Of a stretch of 21,964 nucleotides of DNA, positions 1 to 7,184 are shown one piece after another. Made by a program: the position numbers and the translations under genes. The DNA lies in the NCBI GenBank assembly GCA_030650655.1, contig JAUSDH010000177.1, positions 1-21,964 on the forward strand. Direction: 5' to 3'. The notes beneath the pieces were generated by a model. It was not told the origin of the DNA and did not search any database. It saw nothing but the letters and a program-made list of their open reading frames with translations. Origin of the DNA: Candidatus Brocadiaceae bacterium. Its GTDB lineage: Bacteria; Planctomycetota; Brocadiia; Brocadiales; Brocadiaceae. Each line of letters opens with the position of its first letter. Within the stretch, counting starts at the first letter, position 1.

Positions 1-1212
1 AAGGAAATCAACCTTGTCTGCCTCATATCCAATACGTGCAGCCTTTAAGGATTGCTCGGCCTGGGGGATTACGCCCGTTTTATAAAGATTTATCGTACTT
101 TCGGATGATTGTACCCTGACTGATAAATCTTTGACCTCAAACATTGTCTTATTATTGACAAAACGATAGTCAGCGTTAGCGGCATTAAGATCTTCTTTTG
201 ATTCTTTAACCTTTGAACGATTTTTCGGCCAGAGCCAGGGGACGTTTATCGTGAGTGACGATGCCCATGTGTCGGAACGCTTATCTTCCTGCATGTATTC
301 CACCATCGGTTCGAGGTCTGCAAAGTAATAATCCTTCTTTGAAAGTTTTAAGGTTGCTTCTTCCTTTTTTACGGCGTGATCAAACTTCTTTAGTTCAGGC
401 CGGTTTTTAATAGCGCGGTCTTCTAATTCTTTAATCGTCAGAGTTAGAGTATGTTTTTTAAATGGTCTTGGTTTTCCCAAAGAGGCGTCTGTAGGTCTAT
501 CTAATAAGCTATTTAGTCGGGCGATAATGGATTCCCTTTCTTTGTTTAAAACAATATGGTTATTGGCTAATATAGACAATTCAACCTGCGCGGCAAGCAC
601 ATCCCTTTGTGTAGTCTTACCTACTGAATATTTTGTTTCAGCAATTTTAGTAAATTTGCGTAATAATTCTCGATTCTCCTCCGTTATGTCAATGGCGCTG
701 TCAACGTAACAGAGTTCATAATAGGCTGATTTTACCAGAGCTGTAATTTCCTGTATTTTAGATTGAGAATCTCTTTCTGTCATGTTAGCTTCTTCGACGG
801 CTACCTCGTTTCGGAGGCGCAATTTTCCTGGGAAAGGTATCTTTTGTGATACACCATAACGCTGCTGAAGCATTTCGGTTTGACCATTGATATTGACCGG
901 ATTGTTAGACATATCATAAGAACCGGCACGAATGGAAGGATCATCTAGTGACTTCGCTTGTGAAATCCGTGCTTTTGCAGCATTAAAGCGTTTTTGGGCT
1001 GCAATTATTTCAGGATTGTGTTCTATGGCTTCTTGGATCAGCCATTTTAAGTCCAAAGGGGCTTCGGTTTCATTCATTTCAATAATAACGTTTTTGCTGT
1101 TCGTTTGTTTTTGGGGCGTGCTGTTACCTTTTTCCCTTGCTAAAATGACGGTGCAAGAAAATACAAAGAGTAGTGGAGTGAATAAAAATATTTTTAAGGG
1201 TATTCTATTCAT
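1..1212 (-). CDS. TolC/CzcC-family outer-membrane efflux protein (partial; C-terminus lies beyond the left window edge)
   Basis: Not in the ORF track because it has no in-window stop. I translated the minus strand by hand from the ATG at 1212 down to base 1: 404 codons, no stop. N-terminus MNRIPLKIFLFTPLLFVFSCTVILA looks like a signal peptide, possibly with a lipobox Cys. '...LDLKWLIQEAIEHNPEIIAAQKRFNAAKARISQAKS...' and '...AEQSLKAARIGYEADKVDFL' are typical of outer-membrane factor repeats. Starts 13 nt after the upstream M56 gene. Confidence 0.8.
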   Translation of the reverse strand, partial: MNRIPLKIFLFTPLLFVFSCTVILAREKGNSTPQKQTNSKNVIIEMNETEAPLDLKWLIQEAIEHNPEIIAAQKRFNAAKARISQAKSLDDPSIRAGSYDMSNNPVNINGQTEMLQQRYGVSQKIPFPGKLRLRNEVAVEEANMTERDSQSKIQEITALVKSAYYELCYVDSAIDITEENRELLRKFTKIAETKYSVGKTTQRDVLAAQVELSILANNHIVLNKERESIIARLNSLLDRPTDASLGKPRPFKKHTLTLTIKELEDRAIKNRPELKKFDHAVKKEEATLKLSKKDYYFADLEPMVEYMQEDKRSDTWASSLTINVPWLWPKNRSKVKESKEDLNAANADYRFVNNKTMFEVKDLSVRVQSSESTINLYKTGVIPQAEQSLKAARIGYEADKVDFL

Positions 1213-1225
1213 GTTAAGAATACGA

Positions 1226-2197
1226 TTATCCGCACTTAGCCATGTTACACGTCCTTGATTTACACTCGATGGTGTGAATGTGATTAAAGGACTTAAAAAA
1301 CAAGGACAAACAAATTATTACTGCAATAAAAACTGATGCTATGCACGAAAGATATAAATACGTCTTGCCCGAATAGGGAAGGGGCTTATGTGTTTCCAGC
1401 AAACGTCTAATTCGATCTTCTACAATATTCTGTTCTTTGGAAAATGCGGTCGAGGGACTCGGCGTATCCATTAATTTAGATTTGGATAACTTTACGAGTG
1501 CGCTTACCAGCTCTAATGGTTCTCTCGAAAAATTTATGGCGCTATCATCGGCTGCCTTTTCAGATGCAGCAGAAAACAGATTTATCAGATAATTATTAAC
1601 TGGAAGGAAAAAATTGAGCGCATACAATATTTGTACGACAAATAGCTTTAATGGATCTTTGCTCTTTTTATGATGTGTTTCGTGGAAGATTACGGCTATG
1701 AGTTCCTTTCTCGATAAATAAGAACAAATGCCCGATGATACGTATATTTTCGGCTTCCATAGACCTAAAGTAAAAGCACAGCGCAACTTGTCATTGTCTA
1801 AGAGTACAAGTTGTCCGTAAAGATTCAAAGTCGGTAGAATATTTTTTAAATTAGGATGAGTTTCGAAGGATAGGGGGGTGATAGGGCCAATAAATCGGTA
1901 ATTCCAGGATAGCATGAGGATTGTTTTACGAGTAGCCATACCTATTCCTATAAAAAGTATTACAACGCAACCCCAGGGAAGTATCGAAAGAAAAGTCCGT
2001 AAAGTAAAAAAACACTTTGAACAAATACTCCCACAGCAGGTGACGGCTTCATAAGCGAATCTGGTATCAGATATGTATCCTTTGATTCCAAGTCCTATGC
2101 CTATGATTATTATGGATACGATGATAAGGTTTATGAATACAATCAGTGTAAAGTAGAGTAGCGCTTTTCCATGTTGGGTTTTTATCAAATTTTTCAT
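1226..2197 (-). CDS. BlaR1/MecR1-like M56 family membrane metallopeptidase (signal transducer) lacking a penicillin-binding sensor domain
   Basis: HEXXH zinc motif with the family-typical following residues ('IFHETHHKKSKDP'). Several hydrophobic helices. Sits directly downstream of a BlaI-family repressor. Start chosen at the ATG at 2197 (MKNLIKT...), 4 nt after the BlaI stop. The track ORF extends to 2236, which would overlap blaI by 35 nt. C-terminal tail is 'NHIHTIECKSRTCNMAKCG'. Confidence 0.75.
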   Translation of the reverse strand: MKNLIKTQHGKALLYFTLIVFINLIIVSIIIIGIGLGIKGYISDTRFAYEAVTCCGSICSKCFFTLRTFLSILPWGCVVILFIGIGMATRKTILMLSWNYRFIGPITPLSFETHPNLKNILPTLNLYGQLVLLDNDKLRCAFTLGLWKPKIYVSSGICSYLSRKELIAVIFHETHHKKSKDPLKLFVVQILYALNFFLPVNNYLINLFSAASEKAADDSAINFSREPLELVSALVKLSKSKLMDTPSPSTAFSKEQNIVEDRIRRLLETHKPLPYSGKTYLYLSCIASVFIAVIICLSLFFKSFNHIHTIECKSRTCNMAKCG

Positions 2198-2201
2198 GGA
2201 A

Positions 2202-2633
2202 TTATTTCCCGGGCTTATTTTTCCTTTTAGATTCAATTAGTTTAGAAAAGTATTCTATCTTGTCAGGGTCTACCTGTGCCATATAATCAACAAAATGCAC
2301 CATCGCCGATTGAAAAGAAAATTCGGAAACTCCCTCTATCATTTTTTTTGATACGACATCAAAAAATTGTTCCCTATTATAAGTAGGGTTATAAAAATAA
2401 GCCCTTCCAACCTTTCTTTTTTTAAGAAGCCCTTTTTTGGCCATTCGATTGGTAACGGTGATTACGGTAGAATATGAAGTATCCCTATCATTTGAAAATG
2501 CATCCAGGATTTCTTTTACACTGGACTCTCCACGATTCCATAACACCTCCATTATGTCCTTTTCCAGCGCTCCCAGGACTTGATTTAGCCCTTCTTTGAA
2601 AGGATTGAAATTAAATTTTACTTGTTTGTTCAT
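2202..2633 (-). CDS. BlaI/MecI/CopY-family winged-helix transcriptional repressor
   Basis: 143 aa. N-terminal 'LGALEKDIMEVLWNRGESSVKEILDAF...YSTVITVTNRMAKKGLL' matches the penicillinase-repressor fold pattern. Paired with an M56 peptidase gene. No C-terminal CxC metal motif, so not classic CopY. Confidence 0.8.
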   Translation of the reverse strand: MNKQVKFNFNPFKEGLNQVLGALEKDIMEVLWNRGESSVKEILDAFSNDRDTSYSTVITVTNRMAKKGLLKKRKVGRAYFYNPTYNREQFFDVVSKKMIEGVSEFSFQSAMVHFVDYMAQVDPDKIEYFSKLIESKRKNKPGK

Positions 2634-2734
2634 GTCGAGTTCTTTACAAAATATATTTGTCTCATTCTTGAATGACTTTTTTATACATTGTGCGATATCA
2701 AAGAGTGGAAATATGTAATACTGAAAGTATTATA

Positions 2735-2751
2735 TTCTACATATTGTAGAA
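2735..2751. promoter_or_regulatory. Candidate BlaI-family operator: perfect palindrome TTCTACA-TAT-TGTAGAA
   Basis: Read directly from the sequence. 7-nt arms with a 3-nt spacer, about 100 nt upstream of the repressor start, in the divergent intergenic region. It contains the TACA/TGTA half-sites known for BlaI/MecI/CopY operators. 'GTAGAATTT' recurs at 2746-2754 and 2759-2767. Confidence 0.45.
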
Positions 2752-2812
2752 TTTGCAAGTAGAATTTATGCTGATTGATTAATTTGATATTCATGCTATT
2801 ATATTTCCAATT

Positions 2813-3544
2813 ATGATTGATATCCATACACATATATTACCAATGATAGATGATGGTCCGACACTGATACAAGAATCTCTTGAGATGTGCAGAATTGCAG
2901 TGAATGACGGAATAAAGAAGATAATAGCTACCCCTCATGTGCAAAATGGGATGGATGATTTAGATGAAAATAAAGTCCTAGAAAAGATACGCATGCTCAA
3001 CCAATTATTAAAACAAGAGGGTTTGGATTTGGTTATATTTCCTGGTGCAGAAGTGCATTTAAATGACCGTCTGTTGGATACAGATATTTTAAGGGAAAGT
3101 AGTATTTTGACTATAAATGAAGGTAAAAAATATATCCTTTTGGAATTTCCATTTCAGTCGGTTCCTCCAGAAACAGAGCAGATTATATTTAAGTTAAAGT
3201 CAATGGGATTTACTCCTATTTTACCTCATCTTGAAAGGAATTATAGAATTCAGCGTAATCCCAATATGGTTGTACGTTACGTAGAGATGGGGGCAATTTT
3301 ACAAGTAACAGCACAAAGTATCGTAGGGGATTTTGATGCTGTACCTTTGAAGTGTGTTTTATGGATGTTAATAAACAATCTCGTACATGTGATTGCATCG
3401 GATGCCCATTCACCAATAGCAAGACCTCCAATACTGTCTAAGGCTGTAAAGGTCGTGTCTGAAATGCTGGGGGAAGAGGCGGCAAAGAAGATGGTATTCG
3501 ATCACCCAAGGATGATATTAGAAGGGTTGCCGTTTAGCACGTAA
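2813..3544 (+). CDS. CpsB/YwqE-type PHP-domain protein-tyrosine phosphatase (capsule/exopolysaccharide regulation)
   Basis: Signature N-terminus 'MIDIHTHILPMIDDGP'. Later 'ATPH' and 'IASDAH' His-rich metal-ligand motifs. Length 243 aa is typical of the family. Confidence 0.8.
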   Translation: MIDIHTHILPMIDDGPTLIQESLEMCRIAVNDGIKKIIATPHVQNGMDDLDENKVLEKIRMLNQLLKQEGLDLVIFPGAEVHLNDRLLDTDILRESSILTINEGKKYILLEFPFQSVPPETEQIIFKLKSMGFTPILPHLERNYRIQRNPNMVVRYVEMGAILQVTAQSIVGDFDAVPLKCVLWMLINNLVHVIASDAHSPIARPPILSKAVKVVSEMLGEEAAKKMVFDHPRMILEGLPFST

Positions 3545-3594
3545 TTATGATAATTCACGGAATAGTGAGCAAATTCTCAGAAAGGGGTTTTTGA

Positions 3595-4530
3595 GTGAAA
3601 ATACTTGTGACTGGTGGCGCCGGCTTTATCGCTTCTCATCTGGTAGATAGATTGGTTGCAGATGGACATCACGTAGTTGTCGTTGATAACCTTTCGGCTG
3701 GGCGAAAGGAAAATGTTAACCCAAAGGCGTTATTTTATGAAGTAGATATTTGTGATACTGTCTCCCTGGAAGAGGTATTTAAAAAAGAAAAGCCGGAGGT
3801 TGTGGATCATCATGCCGCTCATGTTAATGTGCGTAAGTCAGTAGAGATGCCTGCTTATGATGCGAATATTAATATCTTGGGTTCACTCAATCTTTGTGAA
3901 TTGTCAAAACAATATCAGATTAAAAAGTTTATCTATGTTTCTACCGGCGGTGCAGTTTACGGTGAACCCAAGGTCTTGCCTGTCAAAGAAACGTATCCTG
4001 TTGAACCTCTTTCACAGTATGGTGTAAGCAAGCATACGGTAGAGCATTATTTGTCTATTTTTTACAAATTATATGGTTTGAATTTTACCATCTTGAGGTA
4101 TCCGAATGTTTACGGGCCAAGACAGTCTCCGCATGGCGAGGCAGGTGTGGTAGCGATATTTAGCGAACTGCTACTTCAAAATATACGTCCTACGATTTTT
4201 GGTGACGGCTCGAAGACCCGTGATTATGTTTATGTGGACGATATTATAAATGCAAACATGATTGTTCTGAATAACGTGGGAAACGGTGAGATTTATAATC
4301 TTGGCTGGGGGAAAGAAATTTCTGACTTAGAGGTGTTTAATACCGTACGAAGGGCGCTTGCATCAGATATTGAACCTATATTTGGTGAAAAGCGCCCTGG
4401 AGAGATTGATCATATAAGCCTGGACAGTTTAAAGGCAATGGAAAAACTCAAATGGAAGCCAAAGGTAACCTTCGAGGAAGGTATTAAACTTGCCACGCAG
4501 TATTATCAGAAATTAAAGAGAACAAAATAG
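3595..4530 (+). CDS. NAD-dependent epimerase/dehydratase (extended SDR; UDP-sugar 4-epimerase-like)
   Basis: GTG start preceded by 'aaagggg'. 'VTGGAGFIASHL' Rossmann motif and catalytic 'YGVSK' (YxxxK). 311 aa. Confidence 0.8.
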   Translation: MKILVTGGAGFIASHLVDRLVADGHHVVVVDNLSAGRKENVNPKALFYEVDICDTVSLEEVFKKEKPEVVDHHAAHVNVRKSVEMPAYDANINILGSLNLCELSKQYQIKKFIYVSTGGAVYGEPKVLPVKETYPVEPLSQYGVSKHTVEHYLSIFYKLYGLNFTILRYPNVYGPRQSPHGEAGVVAIFSELLLQNIRPTIFGDGSKTRDYVYVDDIINANMIVLNNVGNGEIYNLGWGKEISDLEVFNTVRRALASDIEPIFGEKRPGEIDHISLDSLKAMEKLKWKPKVTFEEGIKLATQYYQKLKRTK

Positions 4531-4546
4531 AGCACCAAACAGAAGA

Positions 4547-4942
4547 TTATCGTTTAGTCCACTGGAAGCTCTTCCGTGCACCCTTTTGGCCATATTTTTT
4601 ACGTTCTTTCATCCTGCTATCTCTTGTCATAAATCCTCCGCCACGCAAACTTTCCGCAAGGGCTGGATTGGATTTAGATAAGGCACGTGCAATACCAAGA
4701 GATATTGCCCCAGCCTGACCAGCTAAACCTCCGCCTTTAACATTAACTAATACATCAAATTCTCCCAGTGTTTTTGTGGTTTTCAGTGGAGTCCTTACCA
4801 TGCCCCTTTCCCGCTCTATGGTAAAATAGCTATCCATATCCTGATCGTTTACCAGTATCTTGCCATTTCCTTTTTTTATCCTTACTCTTGCAATAGATGT
4901 CTTGCGTCTACCTGTACCCCAAATATATTGTTCTCCTGCCAC
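4547..4942 (-). CDS. rpsI: 30S ribosomal protein S9
   Basis: GTG start with SD 'aaggagag'. '...GTGRRKTSIARV...GGGLAGQAGAI..GIARAL...' and C-terminal '...ARKSFQWTKR' are the classic S9 signature. Confidence 0.95.
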   Translation of the reverse strand: MAGEQYIWGTGRRKTSIARVRIKKGNGKILVNDQDMDSYFTIERERGMVRTPLKTTKTLGEFDVLVNVKGGGLAGQAGAISLGIARALSKSNPALAESLRGGGFMTRDSRMKERKKYGQKGARKSFQWTKR

Positions 4943-4957
4943 TTTTCTCTCCTTCGA

Positions 4958-5392
4958 TTAATTACGAATAATCAACTCTTTTGGTTGTTGTGCTAGATGT
5001 GGATGCTCGGCACCCTCATAAATCTTTAATTTTCTTAACATAGCTTTACCTAGTTTCGTTCTCGGCAACATCCTTCTTACTGACCGGTTGAATACTTTCT
5101 CTGGCGCTGTTTCAAGGGTTTTACCGACCATCCTTTTTCTCAAACCACCTTGAAAATGTGTTACATAATAGTGAATCTTCTCTTCCATCTTTTTTCCAGT
5201 AAGTTTTACCTTGCTGGCATTGGTAATAATAACAAAATCCCCAACATCAACATGAGGTGTATATTCTGGTTTGTGCTTGCCTTGAAGCACTCTTGAAACG
5301 GTGGTTAACATTCGTCCCAAAATCTTGTCCTTGGCATCTACGATATACCAATTCCTTTTTACATTCTCTTTTTTTGCCATAAATGTGTTCAT
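4958..5392 (-). CDS. rplM: 50S ribosomal protein L13
   Basis: '...KRNWYIVDAKDKILGRMLT.V...L.GKHKPEYTPHVD.GDFVII.NA' is the L13 signature. Immediately upstream of rpsI, the conserved operon order. Confidence 0.95.
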   Translation of the reverse strand: MNTFMAKKENVKRNWYIVDAKDKILGRMLTTVSRVLQGKHKPEYTPHVDVGDFVIITNASKVKLTGKKMEEKIHYYVTHFQGGLRKRMVGKTLETAPEKVFNRSVRRMLPRTKLGKAMLRKLKIYEGAEHPHLAQQPKELIIRN

Positions 5393-5423
5393 TTTTTATT
5401 TTATTCCTTAAACTGATTGTATC

Positions 5424-5460
5424 AAAAAAAGCGCCTTATGCGAGACAAGGCGCTTTTTTT
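5424..5460. terminator. Bidirectional intrinsic terminator (A7-GCGCCTT-loop-AAGGCGC-T7)
   Basis: Read directly. 7-bp GC-rich stem (5431-5437 / 5447-5453), 9-nt loop, flanked by an A7 run on one side and a T7 run on the other. Lies 36 nt downstream of the small Cys-rich gene on the minus strand. Confidence 0.6.
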
Positions 5461-5495
5461 ATTGAAACTACAAAAGTACTATAAAATTGTTATAT

Positions 5496-5657
5496 TTATT
5501 TGTGACAAGGGCAGGGATCTGTTTTTCCCTTTTCACATTTATCTGCACACTTCGCATCTTTTGGGCAGCCACAAGCTGCTGCAAAAATACTAGTCGTACC
5601 AACAGTGATAATTAACGCGCCAACAAACGCCATTGTTATACCAACCTTCTTCAACAT
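5496..5657 (-). CDS. Small secreted or lipid-anchored Cys-rich peptide (53 aa), function unknown
   Basis: Below the ORF-track size cutoff; hand-translated as MLKKVGITMAFVGALIITVGTTSIFAAACGCPKDAKCADKCEKGKTDPCPCHK. Strong SD 'aaaggaga' 8 nt upstream of the ATG. Hydrophobic signal sequence ends in 'AAAC' (lipobox-like). Followed by its own intrinsic terminator. Confidence 0.55.
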   Translation of the reverse strand: MLKKVGITMAFVGALIITVGTTSIFAAACGCPKDAKCADKCEKGKTDPCPCHK

Positions 5658-5865
5658 TTTCTTATTCTCCTTTCAACCAATGAAAAGTTATAGGGATAAA
5701 GTACAGTATTTATTATGAAGACCAACGAAGGAACGACTTACAAAGTACCACCCATAAGTCACATAAAGTTATTTTACGAAAAAAGAATATTAAGAATAAA
5801 TTTTATATCAAAACATCACATGTTTGTCAAATATATTTTTATCTCATTGTAACATAATATTTTAA

Positions 5866-5894
5866 TTGACATGCCAGAAACCTATCATTATTAT
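5866..5894 (+). promoter_or_regulatory. Candidate sigma70-type promoter (TTGACA-17 nt-TATTAT) for the FabZ-like gene
   Basis: Consensus -35 at 5866-5871, exact 17-nt spacer, and 5/6 match to the -10 at 5889-5894. About 80 nt upstream of the start codon at 5972. AT-rich context makes chance -10 matches common. Confidence 0.35.
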
Positions 5895-5920
5895 ATTAAA
5901 ATATTTTTTTACTTAATTTT

Positions 5921-5952
5921 CTGATTTCCATAAACACTGATTTCCATAAACA
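5921..5952 (+). repeat. Perfect 16-bp tandem direct repeat (CTGATTTCCATAAACA x2)
   Basis: Read directly: copy 1 at 5921-5936, copy 2 at 5937-5952. Lies between the candidate promoter and the FabZ-like start codon. Confidence 0.9.
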
Positions 5953-5971
5953 ATTTACCATTAAGGTTGTT

Positions 5972-6445
5972 ATGCCACAGGAAATATTAGCAGATTTAGA
6001 GACTTTAGATTTAAACAAATCGATTGTAGACATCGAGACCATTCGCTCCATTATACCTCATCGTTACGAGATGGAGCATCTCAGCGGTATTATAAAATTC
6101 GACCCAGAACAGGGTATTATCATAGGTTACAAGGACGTTTCCCAGAATGAATTCTGGGTGCGAGGACACATTCCTGGTCGACCGCTTATGCCAGGGGTAC
6201 TCATGCTGGAGGCTGCTGCACAACTGTGCACTTACTATTATAAAATGACTACCCAAGATGATCGATTCCTGGGTTTTGGGGGTATTGATAAAGTCAAGTT
6301 CCGTGGAAAGGTTGTGCCGGGTGATAGACTCATCCTCATTGCAAAAAACAGAGAATTGCGCGCACGGAGGGCTATTTTTGATACCCAAGGTGTAGTTGAT
6401 GGAAAATTGGTGTTTGAAGGGGTCATTATAGGTATGGTAGTGTAA
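5972..6445 (+). CDS. FabZ/FabA-like hot-dog fold 3-hydroxyacyl-ACP dehydratase (stand-alone paralogue)
   Basis: 'GHIPGRPLMPGVLMLEAAAQL' has the catalytic His and Glu in the FabZ motif HxPxxPxxPGVLxxEAxAQ. 157 aa. Confidence 0.8.
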   Translation: MPQEILADLETLDLNKSIVDIETIRSIIPHRYEMEHLSGIIKFDPEQGIIIGYKDVSQNEFWVRGHIPGRPLMPGVLMLEAAAQLCTYYYKMTTQDDRFLGFGGIDKVKFRGKVVPGDRLILIAKNRELRARRAIFDTQGVVDGKLVFEGVIIGMVV

Positions 6446-6463
6446 TGATCGAATGTCTTAAAG

Positions 6464-7180
6464 TTAGCTAACTTGCAAATTATTCAAAATTTCTAATTCT
6501 AAAATATTTTTGATATGTTTAATAAAATAATCGGGTTTTATATATTTGTCCTGTACTTTTAAATATGCATTGTAATGCCGGCCGTGTTCAAACATCACCG
6601 TAAACATTCCCAGAGACTTGCTAGCAGCTAATTCATCATCTATCTTATCTCCCACGCAGACAAATTCTTTGGGCTGTAAATCGTAGCGTTTCATAATTTC
6701 CTGAAAACAGGCTTTCTTTGACTGACCCTTATTCCTATCAGTAATTACAATATCGTCAAAGTACCTGTTATTTAATCCCAGTACATCGATCTTCTTTCTC
6801 TGAATTTCCTTATCCCCGGAGGTGACAAGAGCCACCCTGTAACCCCGTGCCTTCAACTGAATTACTGTATCCATTACATCGGGAAAGACTGTAATGTTTG
6901 AAATATTTATATGAACAAAATCTTCCAATAACTCCTGTGCATACGTGCCTGGAAGATGGTAATGCGAAACAATCTTTTCATAAATATTTGCCTTTACCCC
7001 GTATTTTTCTTCTATTTCCAGTTGGAGGCTATATGCCTCTTCTTCAGAACACTTAATCAATCTGGCAATCTTCCCGGCAACCTGTCTTCGACCCCGCAAT
7101 ACGAGTGTGCCACTGCAATCATAGAGGGTATCATCCAGGTCAAATATAATAGCCCTAATTTTCCGGGGATTTTTCTGCAT
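6464..7180 (-). CDS. HAD-superfamily hydrolase (subfamily IA-like)
   Basis: Motif I 'IIFDLDDTLYD', motif II 'LVTSG', motif IV 'VGDKIDDE'. 238 aa. Confidence 0.8.
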   Translation of the reverse strand: MQKNPRKIRAIIFDLDDTLYDCSGTLVLRGRRQVAGKIARLIKCSEEEAYSLQLEIEEKYGVKANIYEKIVSHYHLPGTYAQELLEDFVHINISNITVFPDVMDTVIQLKARGYRVALVTSGDKEIQRKKIDVLGLNNRYFDDIVITDRNKGQSKKACFQEIMKRYDLQPKEFVCVGDKIDDELAASKSLGMFTVMFEHGRHYNAYLKVQDKYIKPDYFIKHIKNILELEILNNLQVS

Positions 7181-7184
7181 GCGT

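Noticed and set aside
527-1258. Track ORFs 527-709(+) and 932-1258(+)
   Set aside because: Both are antisense to a 404-codon open frame that encodes a recognisable TolC-family protein. Their translations are low-complexity and motif-free.
2198-2236. N-terminal 13 codons of the track ORF for the M56 peptidase (start at 2236)
   Set aside because: This start would overlap the BlaI-like gene by 35 nt. The ATG at 2197, 4 nt after the blaI stop, gives a compact operon junction. Either start remains possible.
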